This document shows, in pieces, positions 46,720 through 56,843 of a stretch of DNA of 64,000 nucleotides. The notes beneath the pieces were generated by a model that was given only the letters and a program-made list of their open reading frames with translations, was not told the DNA's origin and searched no databases. Source of the stretch: an uncultured Methanosarcinales archaeon (lineage in GTDB: Archaea > Nanobdellota > Nanobdellia > Woesearchaeales > WJKR01). The translations under genes and the position numbers were made by a program. Position 1 is the first letter of the stretch; each line of letters starts with the position of its first letter. Location of the stretch: assembly GCA_964556395.1 (NCBI GenBank), contig CAZKVR010000001.1, forward strand, positions 106,996 to 170,995. The letters run 5' to 3'.

Positions 46720-48246
46720 ATGCCGACTCACCGGAAGGACAAGGCAGCCACAATCACGCTCTGGACCCTCTTCCTCGTCATAGCAGCCATCAGGGTAACC
46801 CTCGCGTTCCAGTCAGGACTGCCGGACTTCGAGGCGTACGACCAGCTGCGCCACGTCGAGAGCATCCGCGAGACAGGGACACCCCTGTTCCAGGACGACC
46901 TCGGCTTCGGCGGACGCGAACAGCTCTTCTCACCTCTCTACCACTACCTCCTCGCAGGCCTCAGCTTCCTCCTCCCGACCGTATGGCTCGTCAAGGTAGT
47001 CCCGACAATCCTCACCGCAGCCATCGTCTTCCCGGCCTACAAGCTAGGCACGCTGCTGACGGGCAAGCGCCGCCTCGCACTCATCACAGCCCTCTTCGCA
47101 GGCGCGGTCCCGGCGTTGTTCTTCATCAGCGTGAACGACGCCTCACCCCTCGGGCTCGTCCTCACGCTTTTCTACACGACGTGGTATCTCCTCCTCAAGA
47201 GCCGCAAGACCGGCCGGCACCTCAAGTGGCTCCTAGCGGCCTTCATAACCCTCACCCTCATCCACCCCTTCGCTATAGTCTTCGTCGTCAGCGTCGCGCT
47301 CTACCTAGTACTCCTCCAGCTCCAGGGCGTAAAGACCACGCCGAAGGAGAGCGAACTACTCCTGTTCTTCACACTCTTCAGCACGTGGTTCCTCCTCATC
47401 CTGTACAAGCGGGCGTTCGTCGCACACGGCGCGGCCGTGATATGGCAGAACATCCCATCGGTCGAGCTCAACCTCATATTCACCAACATCACGCTCCTGG
47501 AAGCCATCGCCAGCACGGGCCTCGTCGTCCTCGTCCTCGGAGCCATAGCCCTGTACAACGGCATCACCTCGGTGAAGCGGAAACCCCTCCTCGCCATGAC
47601 CGCCGTCATCGCGACAGCCCTCCTACTCCTCGGATTCCGACTCGCGCCCCTACGCGTCGGCCTAGCCCTCCTCAGCACGTCCCTCGCAGTCGCAGGCGCC
47701 CACGCCCTGGAATCCCTGGACGGCTACCTGCGCAAGACGCGAGCCCCAGCCCTGGCGAACTGGAGCCTCGCAGGCCTCGTCATCCTCTTCGGACTCGCCA
47801 CCCTTCCCACACTGGCGGGCCAGGCCATGGTCGACCCACCCTCGCAAGGGACGGTGGACGTCCTGGAATGGGCCCGGCAAAACACTGACGAAGACGCGGT
47901 CATCCTCGCCACCCCGCGGGAAGGAGACCTCATAGCCGCGGTGGGGGAGCGGCAGACGGTCATCGACGACAACTACCTCCTCATACCACGAGCCGAGGAG
48001 CGCTACCGAGACGCGAGGGAGACCTACACCTCGTTCTTCAAGACCGACGCCATCGGGCTGATGCAGCGCTACGGCGCCACACACCTGCTCGTCAGTCCTG
48101 AGACGCGGGCGTGGAGCGGCAAGGACGAGCCAGCCTACCTCGACGACGACTGCTTCAGACGCGTCATAGCCTCCACCGACGATCGGGGGCGGACGACGAG
48201 GCTCTACGAGCGGACATGCACCTTGAGGGGTGAGCACGATGCGTGA
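46720..48246 (+). CDS. Polytopic membrane protein, putative GT-C fold glycosyltransferase
   Basis: About 11 TM helices are followed by a soluble C-terminal domain. The architecture matches genes 48230..49630 and 51636..53087. Confidence 0.5.
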   Translation: MPTHRKDKAATITLWTLFLVIAAIRVTLAFQSGLPDFEAYDQLRHVESIRETGTPLFQDDLGFGGREQLFSPLYHYLLAGLSFLLPTVWLVKVVPTILTAAIVFPAYKLGTLLTGKRRLALITALFAGAVPALFFISVNDASPLGLVLTLFYTTWYLLLKSRKTGRHLKWLLAAFITLTLIHPFAIVFVVSVALYLVLLQLQGVKTTPKESELLLFFTLFSTWFLLILYKRAFVAHGAAVIWQNIPSVELNLIFTNITLLEAIASTGLVVLVLGAIALYNGITSVKRKPLLAMTAVIATALLLLGFRLAPLRVGLALLSTSLAVAGAHALESLDGYLRKTRAPALANWSLAGLVILFGLATLPTLAGQAMVDPPSQGTVDVLEWARQNTDEDAVILATPREGDLIAAVGERQTVIDDNYLLIPRAEERYRDARETYTSFFKTDAIGLMQRYGATHLLVSPETRAWSGKDEPAYLDDDCFRRVIASTDDRGRTTRLYERTCTLRGEHDA

Positions 48247-49630
48247 GCCCAAGAAAGCCTTGGTGATAACGGTCATTATAGCCTTGGCTGCGGTATTCCT
48301 CGCCACGCCATTCATCGTGCGCTCGGCGATGGGCAACGACGCGCTTGTCGGCGAGGCGAGCTACTTCCACCTCGGCGTGGCGCAGAACATCCTCCAGCCG
48401 GGAAGCTACCCTCTGCCGGATGTCACCCCAACCCTGTTCGACTGGTTCCTCGCAGGATTCCTCACCATCACCTCTCCCGCTGTTTTGAGCAAGGCAGTCC
48501 CTCTAGTCTTAGGATTGCTGGCGGCGTGGCTGTTTGCGAGCAAGGCAGGCAGTCTCGTCTCGGATGAGAAGGAGCGCGCCCTAGCAGGGCTATTCTTTGT
48601 CATCTCGCCGTTGTTCATCGTCACGTTCACCTCACTCTCCCCGTTCAGCCTCGCCCTCGTCCTCGGGCTCGCGGCGTGGCGGCTGCAGGATTCCTCGAGG
48701 GTAGGCTCAGGCCTCTTGCTCCTGTCGGTCCTCTTCGTCGACGCGCAGGCGTTCATCCTCACGACCCTCCTCATGACAGCTTACGGCCTCCTCAAGGGGT
48801 CGTGGCGCGGCCCTGTGGCTACCGGCGTGCTCGGAATACTTGTCATGGCGGCGCTCGACGCCTTCAAAGGGTTCCTCGCGTCGGAGCAGCTCGCCCTCGG
48901 CTCAGCGATGGGCGGCTTCTTCGTCAGCCTCGGCGCCGACATGGGGTACTCGTTTTTCATACTCCTCCTCGCCCTTATAGGGCTCATGGCGCGGTGGTCG
49001 CGGCAGCGGTCAGCAGTGGCCGCATCCCTCATAATGGTAGGGGTGTTCATCTTCTCGTTCTCAGACCCCTTGACCCGTATACTGATGGCGCCGGTCCTGG
49101 CAATCCTTGCCTCCAGGGGTGGTGTGGAGTTGTTGGAGCGGCAGTGGAGCGTCAGACTCGTCCGGGACGTCACGCTGTTCCTCGTCGCGCTCAGCCTGTT
49201 GTTCACGCTCGTCCTCACCTTGTCGGAGCAGGCTGAGGAAGAGCCTTCATTGGCCAAGCTGGAGGCGTTGCAGTTCCTCCGCACGGTACCTGAAGACGAG
49301 GTGGTGCTGTCGAGCCCTGAGAACGGCGTGTTCATCCAGCGCATCGCGCGCCGCCAGGCGTTCCTCGACCATGTGGAGATGGACCAGCACGTAGAGGCCG
49401 AGCGCCGTCGTGCCGCAGACAACATCTTTTCGGCCCAACGCCTCGACCCTGCTGCGTCCTTGCTGGAGTCGCATGGTATCTCGCACGTCCTTGTCGATCA
49501 GGACATGCGTCATGGGGGTGTCTGGACGGCTGAGGAGCAGGGGTTGCTGTTCTTGATGGAGCACAACGACCGGTTCGTCAAGGTGTACGATCGTAAGAGT
49601 GTCGCGGTGTACCGTTTCTTCGACGGTTGA
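48230..49630 (+). CDS. Polytopic membrane protein, putative GT-C glycosyltransferase
   Basis: Multi-TM region plus a C-terminal soluble domain. Confidence 0.5.
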   Translation: MSTMREPKKALVITVIIALAAVFLATPFIVRSAMGNDALVGEASYFHLGVAQNILQPGSYPLPDVTPTLFDWFLAGFLTITSPAVLSKAVPLVLGLLAAWLFASKAGSLVSDEKERALAGLFFVISPLFIVTFTSLSPFSLALVLGLAAWRLQDSSRVGSGLLLLSVLFVDAQAFILTTLLMTAYGLLKGSWRGPVATGVLGILVMAALDAFKGFLASEQLALGSAMGGFFVSLGADMGYSFFILLLALIGLMARWSRQRSAVAASLIMVGVFIFSFSDPLTRILMAPVLAILASRGGVELLERQWSVRLVRDVTLFLVALSLLFTLVLTLSEQAEEEPSLAKLEALQFLRTVPEDEVVLSSPENGVFIQRIARRQAFLDHVEMDQHVEAERRRAADNIFSAQRLDPAASLLESHGISHVLVDQDMRHGGVWTAEEQGLLFLMEHNDRFVKVYDRKSVAVYRFFDG

Positions 49631-49684
49631 CCGTCGAGAAATAGTCGAAACCTTTATTAACGTTCCTGCCTTTTCGGCCACCAT

Positions 49685-50950
49685 ATGGGATTCGTCAGCG
49701 TGCTCGTCTGGGTGAGTTACGTCCTCACGCTCTACTTTCTGGTCTACTGGTTGCTATTGTTCTTCGAGAACCGGAGCCGTATCAAGGAGGAGTGGTCCGA
49801 GGAGGTCTCGTTCAAGCGGTACCCGTTCGTCAGCGTCGTCGTCCCCGCATATAATGAGGAGGCGACTATCCGTCAGACCGTCGAGTCCCTCTTCGCCTTG
49901 GACTGGCCTAAGGATAGGGTGGAGTTCCTCGTCATCGATGATGGCAGCAGGGATCGGACGGGCGCTATCGTGAAGGCTATGAAGCGGGAGTTCCCTCAGG
50001 AGCCTTTGAAGCTGGTCCGGCAGAAGAACCAGGGCAAGGCTGTCGCGTTGAACAACGGGCTCGATGTCGTCAAGGGTGAGTATTATGCTTGCTTGGATGC
50101 GGATTCCTTCGTCGACCCGCAAGCTCTCAAGCATATCATTTATTGGCATGAGAAGTACCCTGACATGGCGATCGCCACGCCGGTGATGAAGATAGCCTCT
50201 CCCAAGACGTGGGTTCAGAAGTTCCAGCGCCTCGAGTACATGGCTGGCATGTTCCTCACCAGGCTGATGAGCTATGTCCATTCCAACTACGTCGCCCCCG
50301 GTCCTTTCTCCGTCTACAAGAAGGATGTCGTGAAGAAGCTTGGCGGCTTCGATAAGGAGAGCCTGGTCGAGGATCAGGAGATCGCTTACCGCGCCCAGAT
50401 GGAGCATTATCGTATCATGCAGGTTCCTAACGCGTTCGTCCACACCGTCGGGCCTTACACGGTGAAGCAGTTGCAGGACCAGCGTAACCGTTGGATGAAG
50501 GGGACGTTGATGAACCTGGTGAAGTATCGTAAGGCGATCTTCAACCGCAAGTATGGCGACTTCGGCATCTTCCAGCTTCCTCTCAACATGGCCCAGTTCG
50601 CCTTGTCCTTGGTGGCCGTCGTCGCCTTCCTCTATTATGTGGTCAAGCCGTTGGCGCGTCACGTCCACGAGCTCTGGCTCGTCAACTTCGACCTCATCCC
50701 TTACATCCAGTCCTTGTCCTTCAACCTTCACATACTCCAGCTCCGTGTCACGCCGGTCTTCATCCTCGCTTTGATGCTCTTGCTCGGCGCGACGTTCCTC
50801 TTCCTCGCCGGCCGTATCAACAAGGATAGGGTCCGGCAGTATGGGACGCTTCACATCGTGCCGTACTTCTTGGTGTTCTACCTCATCATCGCGTTCATCG
50901 CGATCAAGGTGATGGCCGAGCTGGCCGTCGGTAAGAAGCAGAAATGGTGA
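49685..50950 (+). CDS. Processive GT2 glycosyltransferase (NodC/PgaC/cellulose-synthase-like)
   Basis: VVPAYNEE, DDGSRD, LDADS (DxD) and QDQRNRW (QxxRW) motifs are present. TM helices lie at both termini. Confidence 0.85.
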   Translation: MGFVSVLVWVSYVLTLYFLVYWLLLFFENRSRIKEEWSEEVSFKRYPFVSVVVPAYNEEATIRQTVESLFALDWPKDRVEFLVIDDGSRDRTGAIVKAMKREFPQEPLKLVRQKNQGKAVALNNGLDVVKGEYYACLDADSFVDPQALKHIIYWHEKYPDMAIATPVMKIASPKTWVQKFQRLEYMAGMFLTRLMSYVHSNYVAPGPFSVYKKDVVKKLGGFDKESLVEDQEIAYRAQMEHYRIMQVPNAFVHTVGPYTVKQLQDQRNRWMKGTLMNLVKYRKAIFNRKYGDFGIFQLPLNMAQFALSLVAVVAFLYYVVKPLARHVHELWLVNFDLIPYIQSLSFNLHILQLRVTPVFILALMLLLGATFLFLAGRINKDRVRQYGTLHIVPYFLVFYLIIAFIAIKVMAELAVGKKQKW

Positions 50951-50958
50951 CACTCTAA

Positions 50959-51642
50959 ATGGTAAAACGTTCTATCTCTAAGCAGCGGTACCTGACGGCC
51001 GCCATCATCACAGTCCTCGTCTTCGCCTTAGGGGTGTTGTTGGGCATGGTGATGGATTACGAGCGCGTCCAGTACCTCGAGAACCAGTATGAGAAGCACG
51101 AGCTTGATTATCGTAGCTTGCAGTTGCAGTTCTCCTTCTTGGACATGGCGACGCAGGAAGATAGCTGCGCGGCGTTCGAGGCTGCGATGGAGGATGCCGT
51201 GACCGAGCTGTCGGATTCTTTGCAGGAGGTGGAGCAGTACCAAGGGTTCTCCCAGACGCAACAGGGGAATTTCGATTCTATCAAGCGTCGTTACACTCTT
51301 GATAACATCCGTTATTGGATATTGGTGAAGGAGGCTCAGGAGCGCTGCCCGATGGATCGGTTGAGCATCTTGTACTTCTTCAGCACGGATGATTGTCCTC
51401 GTTGTCCTGACCAGGGCGTCATACTCACGTATTTCAAGAAGAAGTATGGGGATTCCTTGCTGGTCTTCCCGATCGACGTTGACCTTGCTGATGATGAGCC
51501 TATCGTCGACATGTTGGGGAGCCATTTCAACATATCTAGATATCCTTCCATCGTCATGGGTGACGAGACGTTCAATGGCGTCAAGTCTCAGCAAGAGCTC
51601 GCACCCCTGATATGTGAGGGCTTGAACAGAGGTGATTGCTGA
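50959..51642 (+). CDS. Membrane-anchored thioredoxin-like protein (CxxC)
   Basis: An N-terminal TM helix is present. A DCPRCPDQG motif sits in a Trx-like context. Confidence 0.4.
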   Translation: MVKRSISKQRYLTAAIITVLVFALGVLLGMVMDYERVQYLENQYEKHELDYRSLQLQFSFLDMATQEDSCAAFEAAMEDAVTELSDSLQEVEQYQGFSQTQQGNFDSIKRRYTLDNIRYWILVKEAQERCPMDRLSILYFFSTDDCPRCPDQGVILTYFKKKYGDSLLVFPIDVDLADDEPIVDMLGSHFNISRYPSIVMGDETFNGVKSQQELAPLICEGLNRGDC

Positions 51643-53087
51643 TGTCTCGTTGGTGGAAGTCGTGGCCGTTTCTCGTCATCGCCTGTACGTTTGTCCTGGC
51701 GTTGGCGTTGAGGATTTGGTATGCGTCCTTGCCGGCTGTTGCGTGGTGGGATGAGACTATCTATGTCAGTATGGCGAAGCACCTTTTCTCCAGCGGCTCT
51801 TTGGGGTATTGGGAGGTGTTCCGTCCTCCTATCATGCCTGTCTTGATGGGGTTTGGCTGGTGGCTTGGCTTGCCCGCTTTGGCTGTGGGCAAGGTCGTCG
51901 GTGTCGTCGCCAGCCTCGGCGTGCTCGTATTCACGTATCTTATCGGCGAGCGCTTGTATAAGAACGCGGGTCTCGTGGCTGTGGCCGTCCTGGCGTTCAT
52001 CCCGACCTTCTTTCGTTTCGGTGGCATGGCGCTCTCCGCCATCCCCGCTACGTTCCTGTCCTTCTTGGGCTTGTGGTTGGTCCTCAATAAGAAGTGGTAT
52101 TGGGCTGGCTTGGCGTTCGGCGTCGCCTTCCTGACGAGGTTCGTCCTCGCGTTGTTCGGTGTCGGCGTAGCTTTGGCGTTGGTCGTGGCGTGGTTGTCGT
52201 CCGGCCGGCTCCGGGTCGAGTGGCGTTCTTGGCTGAATAGCATCTCGTTGTTCGTAGTCGGTGGGTTCTCTGTTCTCATCCCTTACTTGCTCGTCCATCT
52301 CATCATCATAGGAGACCCTCTCTTCCCTATTTTGGAGGCGAGCCAGGTGTTCACCCAGTACAACAATTGGGTGTATGATTATGGTAATTGGTATTACGTG
52401 GTCGAGGTGCTCAAGAACAGCGTGTTCTTCCTCTTCTCGTTGTTGGGCCTGTATCTTTTTGTGAGGTGGCGGAAGTGGCGCGACACCGCTTGGATGGGCG
52501 TGCTCGTCCCGTTGGTGTTGCTCGTAGCGTACTTCTTGACCGTGCAGCACAAGGAGATCAGGTTCTTCACGCCGATGTTCCCTATGTTGGCCATCCTGGC
52601 AGGGGTGGGGGTCTCGTGGCTCTTGGGTCGTTTCCGTCGTTGCGGTGATCGGTGTGTGGCGCTCGTCCTGTTTGGCATCGTGGCCTTATCGTTGTTCGTC
52701 GGTTGGCAGGGCTTGTCTTCCGAGGCGATGCCTGCTGACCTTGAGGGTGATAAGAGGGACTTCTATCATTATTTCGAGAACGCTTCGAAGGAGGATGACA
52801 TGTTGATCGCGTCCAACCCGTTGTTCGTGGTCTATTCCGACAAGCCTATCACGTTCGTCAGGAACTGGGATTTGTCCAAAGAGATTATGCGTCGTTACGG
52901 TGACCGCGCGGATTATGTTGCGGTGGACTTGTGCGACCATCCGTGTCAGCCTGGTTCGGAGTGCGAGTCGAATCGTGAGTCTTTCGTCGAGCGTCGGTCT
53001 TCTGATGAGCTCGTGTTCGAGGGATCGTATACCAATTGGGATGATGAGGTGTGCGACTTGCGTATCTGGCGTCTCAACGCTTCTTGA
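51636..53087 (+). CDS. GT-C glycosyltransferase, PMT/ArnT-like
   Basis: The first loop carries a WWDETIYVSMA DE-motif. About 11 TM helices are followed by a C-terminal domain. Confidence 0.7.
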   Translation: MLMSRWWKSWPFLVIACTFVLALALRIWYASLPAVAWWDETIYVSMAKHLFSSGSLGYWEVFRPPIMPVLMGFGWWLGLPALAVGKVVGVVASLGVLVFTYLIGERLYKNAGLVAVAVLAFIPTFFRFGGMALSAIPATFLSFLGLWLVLNKKWYWAGLAFGVAFLTRFVLALFGVGVALALVVAWLSSGRLRVEWRSWLNSISLFVVGGFSVLIPYLLVHLIIIGDPLFPILEASQVFTQYNNWVYDYGNWYYVVEVLKNSVFFLFSLLGLYLFVRWRKWRDTAWMGVLVPLVLLVAYFLTVQHKEIRFFTPMFPMLAILAGVGVSWLLGRFRRCGDRCVALVLFGIVALSLFVGWQGLSSEAMPADLEGDKRDFYHYFENASKEDDMLIASNPLFVVYSDKPITFVRNWDLSKEIMRRYGDRADYVAVDLCDHPCQPGSECESNRESFVERRSSDELVFEGSYTNWDDEVCDLRIWRLNAS

Positions 53088-53550
53088 TGAGGTCTCCGAT
53101 GGTGACTGGTCCGGTCTGGCGCTTGTCGCTCTTCGGCCGCTTCTCTTCGTGGTGTTCGACGAGCGTGATGCCTAGTTTCTTCTCGAGTTTTCGGGCTAGT
53201 TTCATGCTGGGCTCGTGCTTGCCGCTCTCGATGGCGTGGAGGACGCTTTCTTTTTCGGCTAGTTGTTGAGCCAGTTGTTCTTGCTTGAGAGCTCTTTTCT
53301 CTCGGGCTTGCTTGACGCGCGTGGAGTAGTCGGGTGTGATCATCTGTATGATCTCTCCTCGTTCTTCCTGTTCCGGTTCTTGTTCCGGGGTTGCTCGTTT
53401 CTTTTTCTTCTTCTGCGGTTGTGGTTCCCGCAGTTGGCGGGCTTCGGTGGCGTAGCGCTTGCAGTTCTGGCATACGCGCATGCTTGTGCCTTCCACCTTG
53501 GCGTTGTAGAATGGTCCTTTCTCTGTGCCGCACATGTCGCAGGTCGTCAT
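53074..53550 (-). CDS. Archaeal MBF1-type regulator (zinc ribbon plus HTH_3)
   Basis: A CDMCG...CQNC zinc ribbon is present. The HTH reads LKQEQLAQQLAEKESVLHAIESGKHEPSMKLARKLEKKLGITL. Confidence 0.85.
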   Translation of the reverse strand: MTTCDMCGTEKGPFYNAKVEGTSMRVCQNCKRYATEARQLREPQPQKKKKKRATPEQEPEQEERGEIIQMITPDYSTRVKQAREKRALKQEQLAQQLAEKESVLHAIESGKHEPSMKLARKLEKKLGITLVEHHEEKRPKSDKRQTGPVTIGDLIKKR

Positions 53551-53717
53551 GCTGTGTCCCCTCCTCGTTGTTTTTGAGGTTCTTTGGGTTTTAAGCTTAA
53601 TCGTAACGAAGAATTATTTTCAGTATAGAATTTAAAAGTGCTGAAAAACCCCTGTCCAAATCCCACCCCAAATATGAATCAGAAAATATTATATACTAAG
53701 TAGATAATATTATATTT

Positions 53718-54344
53718 ATGATGATTAAAAATAATCCTGAATACAAAATGATAGGAGCGCTCCTGAAGCAGCCGCTAGAAAGCAGGACTCTCCGCCAAGC
53801 AGCCCTGGAAGCAGGCATCACGTACGCGACAGCCCATAAGAACCTCACACGACTCCTCGAGACAGGAATGGTACGAGAGCGACGGAAAGGCAAGGCACGC
53901 CTCATCAGCGTCGACTTCGAGCACGCACCTACGGACGCGTTGTGCACGGCAGCAATACACGTCAGGGAAGCCTTCAAGAGGCACCACCCGAACATCGCCG
54001 TCCTCGCCAACGACCTCGAACGAGCCCTGGCCGGCCGGTTCTACACCCTAATACTCTTCGGATCGAGAGCCCTCGACAATGAGGAGCAGGACTCCGACGT
54101 GGACCTCATCATCATCACGCCGTCCCGGAAACTGTCCGAGGACTACGACGCAACGATTAACAAGACATTGGAGCTCTCGCCTTTGGAGGCGGACGTCAAG
54201 GTAGTGACGACGAACGACTTTGAGGAGATGCTCAATCAGAAGTACAGCGTCGGCAGGGAAGCGTTCGAGAACGGCATCGTACTCTTCGGGGTTGAGCAGT
54301 ATTACGCCACGGTGAAAAGACATGCTCAGACCAAAGGATTGTGA
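53718..54344 (+). CDS. MNT-type nucleotidyltransferase with N-terminal wHTH
   Basis: The motif LILFGSRALDNEEQDSDVDLIIIT is present. Confidence 0.7.
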   Translation: MMIKNNPEYKMIGALLKQPLESRTLRQAALEAGITYATAHKNLTRLLETGMVRERRKGKARLISVDFEHAPTDALCTAAIHVREAFKRHHPNIAVLANDLERALAGRFYTLILFGSRALDNEEQDSDVDLIIITPSRKLSEDYDATINKTLELSPLEADVKVVTTNDFEEMLNQKYSVGREAFENGIVLFGVEQYYATVKRHAQTKGL

Positions 54345-54954
54345 GGACGCGAAAGGACTTTTCAAGGACTGGGACCTCAAAAGACGATGGGCAACACCTA
54401 CACAAGCGTTCATCGAACACACGAGGAGGAAGGCGAAGGACTCGTTGGAACTAGCGAACTACCTCATGGAGAAGGTGGAAGGCACGAGCGAACTCTCCCA
54501 AAACAGTACAGCTACCATCTGGGTGGTGACCGTCGCGTACTACTCGATGTTCTTCCAAGCGGAATACCTGCTCGGCCTGGACGGAAGGAAGTTCCCGAGA
54601 GGGACAAAGGACACGCATAAGACGGTGTACCTCGCATTCATCTACTATTACCTTATCAAAGGGTCTGACCAGGAGCGGACGACGAGCACAAAAACGACCA
54701 CCAGTAGGATGTCACGCGCACTGGCGCTCTTCAAGGAACTGCAGGATGAGACCATGGAATTGCAGCGGGTGGAGAGAAAGGCGGAAGACCTGGACCGACA
54801 ACGACGGAAGAGGCAGGATTTCACCTACGAGATGAACCGGACGGCAAAGATATCAGAGGCGAAGAACAGCTTGATGAAGGCCAAGGAATTCCGGACCCTC
54901 ATAGAAGAGTGCCTGTTGGCACGCAAGACAGGCATCACTTCCGCACGAACCTGA
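54322..54954 (+). CDS. HEPN-like protein
   Basis: The protein is all-alpha with an RGTKDTH (Rx5H) motif. It overlaps the MNT gene. Confidence 0.5.
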   Translation: MLRPKDCEDAKGLFKDWDLKRRWATPTQAFIEHTRRKAKDSLELANYLMEKVEGTSELSQNSTATIWVVTVAYYSMFFQAEYLLGLDGRKFPRGTKDTHKTVYLAFIYYYLIKGSDQERTTSTKTTTSRMSRALALFKELQDETMELQRVERKAEDLDRQRRKRQDFTYEMNRTAKISEAKNSLMKAKEFRTLIEECLLARKTGITSART

Positions 54955-56101
54955 CGACCCATTGCGGCAGCTTGCCCGTGAACACCTGTTCCTGCGTGTC
55001 CACGACGAAGCCGTACTCGTCAGCGGCGGACGTGAGGTCTTCCGGCTTCTGGCACAGGAACGTCAAGGAGCCAGCCTTGGCGAGGACGAAGTCGGCCTGG
55101 TAGAAGAGCTGCTTGTTCAGGTCCGACACCTTCTTCTGCGGGACGTGCTTGCTCGCCTCGATGGGCTGCGTGACGATGCAATCGACCGACTTCTCCGTCA
55201 GCTTCGTGTCCAGCCACTCGACGTCCATCTTGGAGAACTCGACCGCCTTGTCGACACCGGCGATCTTCGCGTTCTTCTTCGCAGCGGTGATGTTCCGCAG
55301 CTGCGCGTCGAAGCAGTGCACAGTCTTGTCCGCCACGTCGACGATGGCCTTGTCCATCTCTGCCAACACCTTGTCGGCGTGCTCGACGAAGAAGTGATGC
55401 TTCTTCACCAAGAGGTCCTTCTCGTAATACCGCAATGACTTGCCGGAGGCCATGAGCGCCGCCTCGATAGGGACTTCGCCGCCGCCGGCGTACGGGTCGA
55501 CGAGCACCTTGCCGGGCGTCCAGCCGGACGCCATGAGGAGCGACGCCGCGGTCGGCCCTTTCATGCTGTGCGGGTTGTTGAACACCTTGTACGGGCGTTT
55601 GGAAGCGTCATATCCGAGGAGGTCGAGGCTGAGCCACGCCTGGTCCTCGTCGACGTGGAGGTAGAGTAATATGTCAGGCTTCTTGATATCAACCCGCGGA
55701 GCCTCTCCGAGCGACTCCTTGGCCAATCGTCGGATGACGCGTCCGGTCTCCTGGGCGAGGTCGATGCTGTTGTAGTCGTGCGTGCCCTCGCGGCTGCACA
55801 CGACGGAGAACGACTTGTCCTTGCTGAGGAATCGTTCGAAGTCGAGCGATCCGATGGCGGTCTCGAGGTTGTGCAATGACTCCTCCAGGGAGGGCGTCAC
55901 CTCGGCGCTGCAGAGCAACGCGCCTACACGGGTGGGCGTCTGCATGAGGTAGGCGGCGGCGAGGAGGTCTCGGACTGATGACTCGTGGAACACGACGCAC
56001 GTGTCACCCTTGGTCACCTCGTGGCCGAAGCTCCGCAGTCGGGCTTCCGCCTCGACGTAGGGGCTGCAGCCGCGCTCGCACGCGAGGAACAGGTCTTTCA
56101 T
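54935..56101 (-). CDS. THUMP-domain RNA methyltransferase (Trm11/Trm-G10/RlmL family)
   Basis: LVDPYAGGGEVPIEAALMA matches a class I SAM-binding site. A THUMP-like region lies N-terminal to it. Confidence 0.65.
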   Translation of the reverse strand: MKDLFLACERGCSPYVEAEARLRSFGHEVTKGDTCVVFHESSVRDLLAAAYLMQTPTRVGALLCSAEVTPSLEESLHNLETAIGSLDFERFLSKDKSFSVVCSREGTHDYNSIDLAQETGRVIRRLAKESLGEAPRVDIKKPDILLYLHVDEDQAWLSLDLLGYDASKRPYKVFNNPHSMKGPTAASLLMASGWTPGKVLVDPYAGGGEVPIEAALMASGKSLRYYEKDLLVKKHHFFVEHADKVLAEMDKAIVDVADKTVHCFDAQLRNITAAKKNAKIAGVDKAVEFSKMDVEWLDTKLTEKSVDCIVTQPIEASKHVPQKKVSDLNKQLFYQADFVLAKAGSLTFLCQKPEDLTSAADEYGFVVDTQEQVFTGKLPQWVVRFVRK

Positions 56102-56178
56102 AAGGTGGCGGGAAGAAGAAGGGGTTTTTAAAGGTGATGGGGGAATCTATATGTAGCACCACATTCCTATGAGACTTC

Positions 56179-56751
56179 ATGGAAGGATTGGAGGAGGCGT
56201 TGGCAAGTATAAGGGAGGACCTCGAGTTCAGGCACGCGTACAACGTCGCGCGGCAGAACAGCTTGAAGGCGTACCTCGTGGGCGACTTCCTGGTCCGAAA
56301 CATCGCCCACGTCCTGTACGGTACGTCCAGGCCGGAGCACGACGTCGACCTCCTCGTGGAGGGAATGGACGAGAATTTGAAGCTACCTCCTGGCTGGAAG
56401 GAGGGGCAGAACCGTTTTGGAAACCCGAAGATTATCAGTGCCACGACCGTGGCAGACATCATCCCGTTGGAGAATGTAGACTTCATCAAAAGAAAGGGGT
56501 TGGAGCCTTCTTTGGACGCATACCTCACAGGCGTGCCGCTTACCATACAATCCTTGGCGTATGATGTCGAGAACGACGAGCTCAGAGGGAACGTAGGCCT
56601 GAAAGCGCTCAAGGAACGAAAAGTGGCCGTGAACAACCACTACTTCGCGGACCTGACTGCGAGGAAGTACGGCAGATTCATCGAGGACTACGTGCAGGAG
56701 CAGGCGCAGAGACTCGGCTTCACACCGTTTTTTTCCCCTTGGTACTCCTGA
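56179..56751 (+). CDS. Minimal nucleotidyltransferase, polyA-polymerase/CCA head-like
   Basis: The motif AYLVGDFLVRN...HDVDLLVEG resembles yLVGGaVRD...DiDl. Confidence 0.4.
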   Translation: MEGLEEALASIREDLEFRHAYNVARQNSLKAYLVGDFLVRNIAHVLYGTSRPEHDVDLLVEGMDENLKLPPGWKEGQNRFGNPKIISATTVADIIPLENVDFIKRKGLEPSLDAYLTGVPLTIQSLAYDVENDELRGNVGLKALKERKVAVNNHYFADLTARKYGRFIEDYVQEQAQRLGFTPFFSPWYS

Positions 56752-56789
56752 CGACCACAAATGATTTCAATCAGTGAGACCTTCTCTTC

Positions 56790-56841
56790 CGTAGAGCCTC
56801 CCGATTACCGGCCGGCCTCCGCGCCCGGTCCTCAAAGGCGC
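56790..56841 (+). terminator. Hairpin CCGCGCC-loop-GGCGCGG plus T8
   Basis: A 7-bp GC stem is followed by TTTTTTTT. It lies between convergent genes. Confidence 0.5.
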
Positions 56842-56843
56842 GG

